From an uncultured Bacteroides sp. (GTDB lineage Bacteria; Bacteroidota; Bacteroidia; Bacteroidales; Muribaculaceae): a DNA stretch of 64,000 nucleotides. Made by a program: the position numbers and the translations under genes. Positions 45,874-56,600 of the stretch are shown in pieces. How positions within the stretch are numbered: the first letter of the stretch is position 1; each line of letters opens with the position of its first letter. The stretch lies in NCBI GenBank assembly GCA_964493495.1, contig CAZBNM010000003.1, forward strand, positions 2,610-66,609, in the 5' to 3' direction. The notes beneath the pieces are model-generated. The model was given only the letters and a program-made list of their open reading frames with translations. It was not told where the DNA came from and searched no databases.

Positions 45874-46869
45874 TCAGAGTATTTGAGGTAAGAAAGAAGA
45901 GACGATAAGTATGAGCAATCCTATCGAGAGCACTGCTTTAGTGGCGCGGGCAGTCCCTTGCCATTCCTTGAGGACTATTCCCCATAGATTAGAGAAAATC
46001 ACGTTTAAGGCCATCAGAATGCACCATGAGAAGGTGAGCAGTGCCGGCGAGCTCTGCAGGAAGCCTTTGCCAAGACTTAAACCGAAGAACTGGCTATACC
46101 AGAGTATACCGGCCAGTGCACACAGAACGAGATTCCCGGGCCATACGGATAGGCGGGTGTAATCCTTGAATGTACGATTGCGCCCGTTCTGCCATAGACA
46201 GTATGCCGCATTGGTTATAAACCCGCCAAAGGTGACGAGCATAGTTGCCGGGAGGGAGCGGAACATCGGATCCGAGCTTTCGAAACAGATGTCCCGTCCC
46301 AGATCAAGTCCGATGTTGAAGCATGCGCTCATCAGGCCGCATATCAGTGCAACGGTCAGCCCCTTGCCGAAATTGAACTCCACAGGACTGTCGGATTTGC
46401 CGGCCGATCTCTGCCGCATGTTTCCGGCCACTCCGATCACGGCGATACCTGCCAGTGTCGCTCCCACCCCCGTAAGCACCTGCCATGTCAGCGAAGTTGC
46501 GTCGCCCATAAAAACAGGCCCGAGAATTGTGCCAAGAGCCGCACACGTGCCCAGTGCAATGGACTGCCCTAAGGCCACGCCCAGATATCGCATCGACAGG
46601 CCGAACGTGAGTCCGCCGATGCCCCAGAGGGCGCCGCAGATTATTGTCCTGAGGGCTTCAATCCGGTGCAGCGAAATAAGGTGGATCAGACTTTCGTCGG
46701 ACGGAACGGCAAGTTGTGCGCCCGCAAGAGGAAAAACCAGCCATGCGAAGAGGCCTTGCACCAGCCAGAAGCTTTCCCAGCTCCAGAGCCGTATTTTCTT
46801 AATGGGTACGTACGAACTCGACTGGCAGAAAGCTCCGGCCGCAATTATCAACAGTCCTAAAGAAATCAT
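45874..46869 (-). CDS. rhaT: L-rhamnose/proton symporter
   Basis: WSWESFW, WGIGGLTFGLSMRYLG and WG..LKEW motifs. Confidence 0.95.
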   Translation of the reverse strand: MISLGLLIIAAGAFCQSSSYVPIKKIRLWSWESFWLVQGLFAWLVFPLAGAQLAVPSDESLIHLISLHRIEALRTIICGALWGIGGLTFGLSMRYLGVALGQSIALGTCAALGTILGPVFMGDATSLTWQVLTGVGATLAGIAVIGVAGNMRQRSAGKSDSPVEFNFGKGLTVALICGLMSACFNIGLDLGRDICFESSDPMFRSLPATMLVTFGGFITNAAYCLWQNGRNRTFKDYTRLSVWPGNLVLCALAGILWYSQFFGLSLGKGFLQSSPALLTFSWCILMALNVIFSNLWGIVLKEWQGTARATKAVLSIGLLILIVSSFLPQIL

Positions 46870-46875
46870 TGCGAT

Positions 46876-48126
46876 TTATCGGTTGGAAGTTACTTCGCGC
46901 TCGTAGCGCTCTATTTCAGGGATGAAGTCGGAGCCCGCAGGCACATCGTTTATGAGGCAGAACATATCCCATACTGCACCGAAGGGCATGGACTTGCCTT
47001 CTTCCATCAAGGCCAGTTTCTGGAAGGACTGTCCCTTGAGTTCATATTCGCTTAGCAGGGCTGTCGGCTCGAGCAGGGCTCGCAGCATTGACTTCTGTGT
47101 TGCGCGTGCACCGATCACATATGCGCCGATGCGGTTGAGCGAACCGTCGAAGTAGTCGAGTCCTACGTGTACGCGGTCCAGGGCTTTGCAGCGCACTATT
47201 TCCATGCACAGTTCGAGGGTGGCATCGTCCATGAGCGTCACGTGATCGGAGTCCCAGCGCATGGGGCGTGTCACGTGCAGCATTATCTCGGGACAGAAGA
47301 GAAGGGCCGAGCTCACTTTATCCGCTACAGATTCAGTCGGGTGGAAATGACCTGTGTCGAGAGTGACTACTTTATTGTTCAGGGCGCAGTAAGGGAGATA
47401 GAAATCATTGCTTCCCACCGTGCATGCCTCCAGACCGATACCGAAGACTTTCGATTCGAGACAGTCGCGCATGTGGTCGTAGCGGGTCTTGAATATGGTG
47501 TCGAGCGAGTCTTTGAGCAGCGAGCGGTAAAGCATGCGGTTGACGCTCATTTCCTTGCACCCGTCGTGAATCCAGATATTCATCATGCAGATATCATCGA
47601 GCTGACGGCCCATTTCATCGGCTATGGCACGGCAACGCGAGGTGTGCTCGATCCAATAGTCGCGGATGGCTTTGTCGGGATTCGAAAGTGTGAGGCTCCC
47701 TGAAAGCGGATGTGAGAACGAAGTGGAGTTGAAATCCAGTTTCAGACCGTTGGCGCGAGCCCAGTCTATCCACGACTGGAAGTGGCGGAGTTCTACCTTG
47801 TCGCGTTCTACCGCTTGGCCTCCGAAATCGCCGTAGATTTCGTGAAGATTTATGTGGTGGCTACTCGGAAGGAGGGAGCAGACTTTAAGCAAATCTGAGC
47901 GTACCTCGTCGATGTTGCGTGCCTTGCCGGGATAATTGCCGGTAGCCTGAATGCCGCCTGTTAGTTCTCCGGTCGATTCGAAGCCCTGCACGTCATCGGT
48001 CTGCCAGCAGTGTAGCGAAAGCTGCAAATTCTGGAGCACAGCCAGTGCTTTTTCTGTGTCTACGCCGATGGCGGCGTATTGTTCTTTGGCCAGCTTATAG
48101 GCGGCCGTGATGTTTTCTGCTTTCAT
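46876..48126 (-). CDS. rhaA: L-rhamnose isomerase
   Basis: SLHCWQ.DD, GGIQATGNYPGKAR, ESKVFGIG.E, GHFHPTE and RWDSDHV motifs. Confidence 0.96.
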   Translation of the reverse strand: MKAENITAAYKLAKEQYAAIGVDTEKALAVLQNLQLSLHCWQTDDVQGFESTGELTGGIQATGNYPGKARNIDEVRSDLLKVCSLLPSSHHINLHEIYGDFGGQAVERDKVELRHFQSWIDWARANGLKLDFNSTSFSHPLSGSLTLSNPDKAIRDYWIEHTSRCRAIADEMGRQLDDICMMNIWIHDGCKEMSVNRMLYRSLLKDSLDTIFKTRYDHMRDCLESKVFGIGLEACTVGSNDFYLPYCALNNKVVTLDTGHFHPTESVADKVSSALLFCPEIMLHVTRPMRWDSDHVTLMDDATLELCMEIVRCKALDRVHVGLDYFDGSLNRIGAYVIGARATQKSMLRALLEPTALLSEYELKGQSFQKLALMEEGKSMPFGAVWDMFCLINDVPAGSDFIPEIERYEREVTSNR

Positions 48127-49526
48127 ACTGCTTGTTTTGTGGGGATATAAGTTTTGGTTGTCACCGAATTGCGTCCGATGCGTCTTAATTCATTTTTGTC
48201 ATGAACCAGGCCGCAACCTCTCAGCTGCATGAGCACATTGCCTAAGGCTGTCGATTCGGCCGGGCCGGCGATAACGGGGATGCCGAGGGTATCGGCTGTG
48301 AGTTGCATGAGGTGTCTGTTTCTGGACCCTCCGCCTATCACATGTAGACGGTTGATTTCTTTCTCGCCCAATCGGCGCAGCATGTCGAGGACTTCCCGAT
48401 AGCGTGCGGCTAGACTACGGAAGATGATACGAACGTAGTCCGCTGTCGATGCGGGCTCTCTCTGAGCGGTTTCATGGCAGTATTCGCGAATGGCGCCGGT
48501 CATCGATGAGGGGTGTGCGAAGCGCGTGTCATCAGGGTTGATGATGGAATTACAATCGCTGTGTTCATACAAGGCGGTCAGCGCGGCAATGTCTGCGGGT
48601 GCGTCGTGCAGCTCTCCGCGTGCTTGTTCCAGAAGCCAAAGACCACAGATGTTTTTGAGTAGACGTATGCTGCCGTCGACACCTCCTTCATTGGTGAAGT
48701 TGAGGGATCTTGCCTCTTCCGTGAGCACCGGGCTCTCGCTTTCCACTCCAAGCAACGACCATGTGCCGCAGCAGAGATATGCATGATCCGTACCATCGGC
48801 CGGAACGGCTATTACAGCCGAGGCTGTATCGTGGCCTGCAACAGCGTATACGGGCACCTGTCCGAGGCCACAGTAGTCGGCAACCTGTGGCGTGAGATTG
48901 CCTATAAGTGTGCCGGGCTGTACCATAGGGCCGAATTTGCTTCGCTCAAGCCCGAGAACACGGAGAATGTCTTCGTCCAGCTCTCCTGTGGTTGCGTTAA
49001 GCATGCCCGACGTTGATGCCACGGTGTATTCCGTCACGGCGCGTCCCGTAAGCATGTATGCCAGGGCATCCGGCATCCAGAGGATCAGGTCTGCGTCCGG
49101 CTGCCGGCAGCTGAGCTGAAACACCGTGTTGAAGTCCATGACCTGAATGCCTGTTCGTCTATAGAGCTCTTCGGCTGCCATTCGCTCGAAGAAGCGTTCG
49201 GGTGCGCCTTCTGTGCGTGCATCGCGGTAGCAGAAGGGTAGGCCGGCCGGTGTGCCGTCGGAAAGAAACCCCACGACATCGCAGCCCCAGCTGTCGATTC
49301 CTATTGAGGCCGGGCTGATGCCGCGCTTACCCAGAGTGCGCAGTGCCTCAAGAATTTCGTGATAGAGTCCGGGAAGATTCCAGTAGATGTGGCCGTTAAG
49401 CGGCAGCATGGGGTGGCTGAAACGGCGGATTTCCTCACTCTCCACCCGTTCGCCGTCGAAGGTGGCAAGGATTGCACGACCGCTGGTGGCGCCGAGATCT
49501 ATAGCCAGATGGCAGGTTGGGGTCAT
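48123..49526 (-). CDS. rhaB: rhamnulokinase
   Basis: DLGATSGR, GIDSWG, HDTASAV, GTWSL, FTNEGG and KNICGLW motifs. Confidence 0.95.
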   Translation of the reverse strand: MTPTCHLAIDLGATSGRAILATFDGERVESEEIRRFSHPMLPLNGHIYWNLPGLYHEILEALRTLGKRGISPASIGIDSWGCDVVGFLSDGTPAGLPFCYRDARTEGAPERFFERMAAEELYRRTGIQVMDFNTVFQLSCRQPDADLILWMPDALAYMLTGRAVTEYTVASTSGMLNATTGELDEDILRVLGLERSKFGPMVQPGTLIGNLTPQVADYCGLGQVPVYAVAGHDTASAVIAVPADGTDHAYLCCGTWSLLGVESESPVLTEEARSLNFTNEGGVDGSIRLLKNICGLWLLEQARGELHDAPADIAALTALYEHSDCNSIINPDDTRFAHPSSMTGAIREYCHETAQREPASTADYVRIIFRSLAARYREVLDMLRRLGEKEINRLHVIGGGSRNRHLMQLTADTLGIPVIAGPAESTALGNVLMQLRGCGLVHDKNELRRIGRNSVTTKTYIPTKQAV

Positions 49527-50956
49527 TTTATAGCTATTTTTTCTCCGTTCAGGATATAAATTCCGGCGGGGAGTCCGTCGCAGATATGTTCTTTTGAGTC
49601 GGCCTTACGGAGCAGTACTCCCTGAAGTGAGTACAGGAACTGCGTTCCGCTTTCCGGCGTATGGATTATATCATTCACTCCGGCATTACCGTCTTTGAGC
49701 ATGATGGCGGAAATATGGATGCCGCTCGGTTCGTATGGCTGGGCGTTTTTCAGTCGGAGAGTGCGTTTACCGGCCTGAAGTTTCACGGGGATGGACACTG
49801 TGGTGTAGACGGAATTGTCGCCCGAGAGGGCAAATTTGCCGCTCACGCCTACGCTTGCTCCTTCGCGGTCGCCGTTGACAGCCACTACATCGATATTCGG
49901 GTCGAAGCGCACCGGTTCGCCCTGCCCCGAAACAGTAAGCTCCAGTGTATAGTCGCCTGATTCGGGCACGTCAAATTGATAATCAAGCCATGCCGAGCTC
50001 TGGAAGCTTGTTATTTCGATCGGGCGCGGACACTCCGGATTATTACCGGAGCCGAGCATACAGCCGGATTGTGAGATGTATTCGGAGGCCGCCACTAATT
50101 CATTGACAGCGTGATAGACATCCATGTCGAAGTCGCTCATATATGTGTAGACCATCCCCTGCTCCGAAAGTTCGCGAGGCTCCTCTCCCTTGCCGGGTTT
50201 GATCAGCCCCCAGTTATAGCTGTTGGGATTGTCGAAATCGCCGGTGGCCTTGAACCAGCCGTAGCGGCCCATCCATTCAGTCTTTTCCATCCATTCCACA
50301 CTCTGCATCATTGCCGAAATCTGTGCGGCCGGCGTGTTGGAGGTCACACCATCATAGATAAGGCTGAATTCTGTCATCCACACTTCCTTGCCATAACGGT
50401 CGTGGAATTCCGTGCAGATTGATTTGAGCACCTCCGGGCCGCCGTAGCAGTGGAGAGCCACACAGTCGAAGGCATCTGGGCCTACAATGGATACAAATTC
50501 GTCCATCCAGCTTGTGGGATGGTTGTAGGGGGCATTAGGCGAGAAGTTGACAACAGGCGCTACAAGTTTCAGCCCGAGTTCGGCGGCCAGGGATTGCACG
50601 GCGGGCCATGCTTCGGCTGCTTGTTGCGGAGTCATGTTGGCCTGGTCGTGAAAGTTGGGTTCGTTAAAACCTAACAGATATTTTACCTGCGGATGCGATT
50701 GGACATACTCGCGGATTGCATCGGCGTTGTACCATCCGTTCCAGCACATTGGAATATACTCCATGCAGTCCGCATCCAGAAGTGCGCGCCCCGGATTATA
50801 GCCCCAGTTGTAATACCAGCTTACACCAGGCGCAAGTGCTTCGAGCTGAGCTTTGTATTGAAATGCATTCTCGCCCACGCCGCGCTTCCAGCTTCTGCCC
50901 TCTGCGAAGGTGGCAACTGTCAATGCGGCTAATGCTATTGCTGTTGTTTTCTTCAT
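49523..50956 (-). CDS. GH128-like beta-1,3-glucanase with CBM6/35-like domain and T9SS-type CTD
   Basis: KRG, SWYYNWG, IPMCW, LLGFNEPN, VWMTEF and RYGWF (Glyco_hydro_cc/GH128 pattern). Confidence 0.85.
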   Translation of the reverse strand: MKKTTAIALAALTVATFAEGRSWKRGVGENAFQYKAQLEALAPGVSWYYNWGYNPGRALLDADCMEYIPMCWNGWYNADAIREYVQSHPQVKYLLGFNEPNFHDQANMTPQQAAEAWPAVQSLAAELGLKLVAPVVNFSPNAPYNHPTSWMDEFVSIVGPDAFDCVALHCYGGPEVLKSICTEFHDRYGKEVWMTEFSLIYDGVTSNTPAAQISAMMQSVEWMEKTEWMGRYGWFKATGDFDNPNSYNWGLIKPGKGEEPRELSEQGMVYTYMSDFDMDVYHAVNELVAASEYISQSGCMLGSGNNPECPRPIEITSFQSSAWLDYQFDVPESGDYTLELTVSGQGEPVRFDPNIDVVAVNGDREGASVGVSGKFALSGDNSVYTTVSIPVKLQAGKRTLRLKNAQPYEPSGIHISAIMLKDGNAGVNDIIHTPESGTQFLYSLQGVLLRKADSKEHICDGLPAGIYILNGEKIAIK

Positions 50957-50966
50957 GTTGTAATAG

Positions 50967-51009
50967 AAAAACAGGAAGCGGCCTCAGATTCCTTTCAGCC
51001 GCTTCCTGT
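50967..51009 (-). terminator. internal terminator or processing hairpin within the PUL
   Basis: 12-bp stem ACAGGAAGCGGC / GCCGCTTCCTGT followed by a T-tract on the minus strand. Confidence 0.7.
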
Positions 51010-51064
51010 CCCATCGGCTTGATTAATTATTCGATTAAATAGATGATTTGGTTGAGGTGCGCAA

Positions 51065-51994
51065 TTACTTGCGGACGACAACTTTCTTAACCATGTTCCC
51101 GGATTTGGCGATGTATACACCGGCAGCGAGATTATCTACGCCGATTACGGTGCCGGTAGTGCTCTTCACCGTGGCGCCGGTCATGTTGTAGAGTTCGATG
51201 CCGTGGCCGCCCAGTACACTGAGGGTCTTGTCGGTGAGTACAAACTGTGCCGCGTCTGCTTCTACGGCAGAGATGCCTGCGCTTTCAGAGCTCCAGAAGT
51301 ACATTGCGTCGAAAGCCATGGTCTGGCCGGCAACGTTGCCCGCAAGCCATGTGAAGTAGTTGCCCGTCCATGCCGGATTGTTGTCGATTTTGAACGAGGG
51401 GAAGAGCTTCTTCATCTGAGCGAAACTCAGGTCGATGCCCTGCCAGTCGTCGCTTGCCTTGGGGCCAACGGAAGGAACTGCCACGCCATCGGATTCCGAT
51501 GCCTGGCCAAGGGCGAATTTGAAGGGACCGGATTGATCCGTCGTGTCATCGAGAAGGGTGCAGAGGATGGTGACGGGACCATTGTCCGTGGGCGACATGT
51601 ATGCCATGTGGAAGTGGGTGTTCTCGTTGAAAGAACTCAGATCCAGACCGGGAGCCTGGGCGTTGAAGCCGGCACCGGACCATCCGGCCGTGCCTGTTAC
51701 CTGAACGGATACATAGCCTCCTTCTTCCATGTCCACACGGGGATAGGTCTCATCGGCAGGCACGAAACCGTCCCAATACCAGAGGTTGCAGCCTTGTTCG
51801 GGGTTGGCGGCGAAGGAATGTGTGGTGGCGCCTGCAGCTTCGAGGTCGGAGATTGCACCGTTGGACAGAACGATGAAGTAGACGCTCTTGACACCCTGAT
51901 CGATCACAGCCTGTGTCGAAGGATCGCAGGTGTACTGGGCGTGGGCCATGCCGGAGGCAAGCGCCATAGCGGCGAGAATTGTAAACTTTTTCAT
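51065..51994 (-). CDS. secreted putative glycan-binding protein with T9SS-type CTD
   Basis: Signal peptide ...AHA|QY; Trp-rich CBM-like body; tail IELYNMTG...LAAGVYIAK...KKVVVRK. Confidence 0.65.
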   Translation of the reverse strand: MKKFTILAAMALASGMAHAQYTCDPSTQAVIDQGVKSVYFIVLSNGAISDLEAAGATTHSFAANPEQGCNLWYWDGFVPADETYPRVDMEEGGYVSVQVTGTAGWSGAGFNAQAPGLDLSSFNENTHFHMAYMSPTDNGPVTILCTLLDDTTDQSGPFKFALGQASESDGVAVPSVGPKASDDWQGIDLSFAQMKKLFPSFKIDNNPAWTGNYFTWLAGNVAGQTMAFDAMYFWSSESAGISAVEADAAQFVLTDKTLSVLGGHGIELYNMTGATVKSTTGTVIGVDNLAAGVYIAKSGNMVKKVVVRK

Positions 51995-52039
51995 GTAAAT
52001 AATTGGTTTTTAGGGTTGAAAAACTATGAATTGAGTTGC

Positions 52040-53653
52040 TTAGTAGCCTGGGTTCTGATCCATGGGATTAAGGGCCAGTTCTTCGGAGGGAATCGGGAAG
52101 AGTTCATGTTTGCCGGGTACAAAGGATGCCATCTCCGCGCGGGCTTCCTCGCACTCCGTGCTGCCGTAGCTCCCCTTGTCGCGGTCCATCACTTCGGCTG
52201 CGATGCCCCAGCGAACGAGGTCGAACCACCGGTGTCCTTCCATGGCCAGTTCAACACGGCGCTCGTGGCGGAGCGCCTTTCGGAGGCCTTCCGGAGTGTC
52301 GCTTAGGCCAAGGTATCCGGGGAAGGCGGGGAGTGCTCCGGCCTGAGGCGAGTTGTTTCTTGCGCGTGAGCGCACTTCTTCGAGCGCCCATTTGGCTCCG
52401 TTCAGATCCTTGCCGCTTTCCAGGGCGGCTTCAGCGTAAAGCAGAAGGACGTCCGAAGCGCGGATCAAACGGTAGTTGAGCTCGCCGCGGCTGTGATGGC
52501 CGATAAGGGGCCACGTTCCGTCTTCGCTATAGGCAGTCTTGTTGTTGTAGTAGGGGGATCCAAGATATGTCACAGCCTGCTCTTCAAGACCGGCCTCGTC
52601 CGGCACGCCGATAGCGGCATCGAGGCGAGGATCTCCGGGCTCGAATTCGTCGTAAAGATTTTGTGTGGGATGGTTCCAGCCCCAGCCGGCCTTATTGCCC
52701 AGATAGCTCATGCGCGGACGGGTGAGGATGGTTGTGAATGTGCCTCGGGTGAAGCCGAATCCTTGGCCGTAGTCGCTTGTCGGCTCTTCCATATATTGGA
52801 TTTCGAATACACTTTCCGGGCCGTTCTCGCCTGCAAGATTGAAGTTCTCGGCATAAACGGGACATAGCGTGTACTGACGGGTGCCATACTGCTCGTCGAC
52901 AAATTTCTTGCCCCACTGATATGCTTTATCATAATCCTTGTGATATAGATACGCCTTGCACAGGAGCGCCTGAGCTGCTCCGCGGGTTGCGCGTCCCATG
53001 TCTTCAGGAGCATACTCCGATTTGTTGTACAGACGCTTCTCGGCTTCGATAAGGTCGGAGAAGATGGATTCGTAAACCTCGTCCACCGTAGCGCGTGGCT
53101 GGAGCCAACGTTCGGATGAGTCGATCACCTCGTGCACCAGAGGCACGCCTCCGAAGACACGCACGAGCTGGAAATAGTACATAGCCCTCAGGAAGTAGGC
53201 CTCTCCGACAAGACAGTCCTTGCGCCGCTGGTCGAGAGTCGCGTCCGCTGTGTAGGCTTCCACTTTGTCGATGGCAAGGTTGCATCGGATGATGCCTGAG
53301 TATTTTGCGCGGTAGTAATCGAGCAAAATAGTATTGTTGGCATTCACCTTGAAGTTGTCGATGTCGTATGCATCCCCGCCCTCGGCCACGTTCTGGCCGC
53401 CCTTGAGCGCATCGTCCGAGGCGATATCCCCGATAAACCATTCGGAGAAGTAGGATGCATTGAATTCCCAGGCCAGGGGAGCATAGCAGCCATTGATTGT
53501 CTGTATGCAGGTTGCCCCCTCGGTGAAGAAGTCATCGAGTTTGGTGCTCCCCGGGGTTTCTTCGCCAAGCCAGTCATTGCAGCTGCTCGCAATAAGAGAG
53601 GTTGCCAGCAGGAGACCGAGATTTCTAAGTGCGTTTGCTATATTCGTTGTCAT
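52040..53653 (-). CDS. susD: SusD/RagB lipoprotein
   Basis: Lipobox IASSC; GEAYFLRA.YYF.LV..FGGVP; ERRVELAMEGHRWFDLVRWG; QNPGY. Confidence 0.96.
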   Translation of the reverse strand: MTTNIANALRNLGLLLATSLIASSCNDWLGEETPGSTKLDDFFTEGATCIQTINGCYAPLAWEFNASYFSEWFIGDIASDDALKGGQNVAEGGDAYDIDNFKVNANNTILLDYYRAKYSGIIRCNLAIDKVEAYTADATLDQRRKDCLVGEAYFLRAMYYFQLVRVFGGVPLVHEVIDSSERWLQPRATVDEVYESIFSDLIEAEKRLYNKSEYAPEDMGRATRGAAQALLCKAYLYHKDYDKAYQWGKKFVDEQYGTRQYTLCPVYAENFNLAGENGPESVFEIQYMEEPTSDYGQGFGFTRGTFTTILTRPRMSYLGNKAGWGWNHPTQNLYDEFEPGDPRLDAAIGVPDEAGLEEQAVTYLGSPYYNNKTAYSEDGTWPLIGHHSRGELNYRLIRASDVLLLYAEAALESGKDLNGAKWALEEVRSRARNNSPQAGALPAFPGYLGLSDTPEGLRKALRHERRVELAMEGHRWFDLVRWGIAAEVMDRDKGSYGSTECEEARAEMASFVPGKHELFPIPSEELALNPMDQNPGY

Positions 53654-53677
53654 TGCTTATCGTGGTTGATGGTGATA

Positions 53678-56600
53678 TCAATAGGTGATGTTTACACCGA
53701 ACAGGAAGGTGCGGCTCTGGGGGTAGTTGCCGTAGTCCACCCCACCGTTCACTTCCGGATCGAAGCCCGTATACTTTGTGATGGTGAATACATTGGAGCA
53801 TTGTGCATAGAAGCGGCAGCTCCTGAGCCCTCTTTTGCCGAGAACCGATTTGGGAAGACTGTAGCCGAACTGGAGGTCTTTGAGACGGAAATAGTCGCCG
53901 CTTTCGAGAAAGCGGTCCGAAACGAAGTAATTGACCGAGTTACGGGGGTTGGGAATCGAACCGTCGGGGTTGTCGGTCGTCCATGCATCCTTCATCAACG
54001 GCGAGAGAACCGATTGGGCACCGTTGCTCTCCAGGCGGTGGCGCATCTGGTTGTAGATCTTATGGCCGCCCGCACCCTGGAAGAACAGTTGCAGATCAAA
54101 GTCGCGATACCAGGCTCCAAGGTTGATGCCGTAGCTGATCTTGGGGATGCATGTGCCGAGTTCGACACGGTCGCTGTCGTCGATGCGTCCGTCTTTATTG
54201 TTGTCGCGGTAGATAGCATCGCCTGCATGGAAGGGGGTATCTGTGGCGTTATATCCGGGGAGCCGTTCGAATACTTCTTCGTCGCTGCGGAAGATGCCTT
54301 CATATTGATAGCCCCAGAAGTAGTAGAGCGGGAAGCCCTTGTCCACGACTTGCACAAGATTGTAGCTTGTGTAGATGGGTGAACCGCCGTTGAGGCTTAC
54401 AAGCTTGTTGTCGATAAACGAAATGTTGCCTCCGACAGAGTAGTTGAAGTCTTTGTTGACCCTGTAGCGGTGATCCAGGCTGATTTCGATGCCCTTGTTC
54501 CGTACTTTTCCCACATTGGCCATGCCTGCGTATCGGTTGCCTACGTGCGCAGGAGCTGTCACGCTCATAAGCATGTCGTTTGTATCGCGGATAAACCCGT
54601 CCACGGAGCCGCTGAGCTTGCCGTTCCATAGCGAGAAGTCTATGCCGGCGCTGTATTGTTCGGTGTTTTCCCAGTGGCCTCCGTTGTTGACCCATGTGAG
54701 GACGGCAGCGCCGTTGGCAAGTGCCTGCGTTACGCCGAATACATAGTCCACAAACGTCGGACCATTGTGGAACATATTGAGTACAAACGCATCGGAACCT
54801 ATATTATCGTTGCCCACCTTACCCCAGCCGAGACGGAGTTTGAGGTCTGATAAGGCTGTCACGTCCTTGAGGAAGTTTTCCTGCTTCATGCGCCATGCAA
54901 GTGCAAACGACGGGAAGTAGCCCCAACGGTTTTGGTCGAATTTGCTTGAGCCGTCGGCACGGAAGTTGACAGTGAGAAGATAGCGGTCGTTGTAGGAGTA
55001 ATTCACACGTCCGAGCCACGATTGGCGGCGGTTGCGTCCTACGCCATCGCCCGGGCGACCGAAGTTGTCCGTCGTCTGCGACAGATACCAGTTGCGCTCG
55101 GATGGATTGAGGATCGTCGAGCCGCTTGCGCCTATGGAGTAGGTGTTGAGTTCTTCGACTGTGAAACCGGCCATGGCCGAAAGGTTGTGCTTGCCGAAGG
55201 TGTTGGTGTAGGTGAGGATGTTGTCGACATTGTAGTAGTAGGCCCGTGCGAGCGAACGGCTCAGGAAGTTTGTGTCGCGCTGGTCGTATGACGAAAATTC
55301 ATATGCCTCCATAAACGAGCGATCCTGCGATATGCGGTAGTCGAAGCTGTAGTTTGTGCGCCAGGTGAAGTGTTTTACAGGAGTAAGTTCCATGAACACA
55401 CTGCCCACAAATCGTTCTGTGCGGTTTTTGGGGTGCGAATAGTCCGACATCGAGAATGGGTTGGTCACGTTCTTGAAGTTGGAGCCTGCGGATACGCGCC
55501 CACTGAGGTCTTCCCCTTTGCGGTTTACCGAACCGGCCGGATAATGAGTCGGATCCCAGGGTGCCATAGCAAACGCTGCCGAGAGGATACTGGCGCCGGC
55601 ACTTTCGCTGTTGTCGCCTGCTTCATAGGCGTTTTTGGCTACGGAGGCCATAAAGGAAATGTTTTCGCCTATGCGCATCCACGGGAAGGCTTGGAAGGAT
55701 GTGTTGAGTCGCGCTGTGAAGCGGCTGAAGTCCGATCCCATGATTATGCCGTCCTGCTGGAACCAGCTGCCCGACATCGAGTAGCTCAGATTGTTGGTTC
55801 CGCCGTCAATGGCAAGATGGTAATTCTGGATATTGCCCGTGCGGAATACTTCGTCCTGCCAGTCGGTGTCGATCTGCGAGTAGTCCAGTCCGTCGGGATT
55901 GGTTTCCGGATTGTAGATCGTGGGGTAGTAATCGGAATTACGCACACCCTGAAATATGCCCAGCCATTGGTTGAAGCCCTGCTCAGCATAGACTTTCTTG
56001 GCTGCAGAATTACCGTTGATGCCTATGTAAGTATCAGCGAAGTCTTTGGCATTCATTACGTCCAGCTTGCGCCAGCGCTTCTGGAAACCGAAATATCCGT
56101 TGAAGGATATGGAGGTCGGACGGTTGATTGCTCCACCCTTCGTGCTGACGATTATTACGCCGTTTGCGCCGCGCGAGCCGTATATGGCTGCCGCTGAAGC
56201 ATCTTTGAGTACTTCCACATGCTCAATATCATTGGGCGAGAGGAAATTGATGTCGTCGACAATCACGCCGTCAACAACATATATGGGCGAGGCCCCGTTG
56301 ATTGTGCCTACGCCACGCACACGGACTTCTGCGCTTGCACCCGGGCGACCCGAAAGAGAATTGACTGTGACGCCTGCCACCTGGCCCTGAAGTGCGTTGG
56401 CCAGCGAGGGTGCCGGGGTTTTAGTGAGTTTGTCGGAGCCCACACTCGACACGGCGCCGGTCAGGTCGCTTTTCTTTACTGCGCCGTAACCTATGACCAC
56501 GACTTCGCCAAGGCTTTCGGTTTGTGGCCGCAGAACTACGTCGATCTTCTCTCTGTCGGCAGTGATTTTCTCCGGTTCACAGCCGACATAGGAAAATTCA

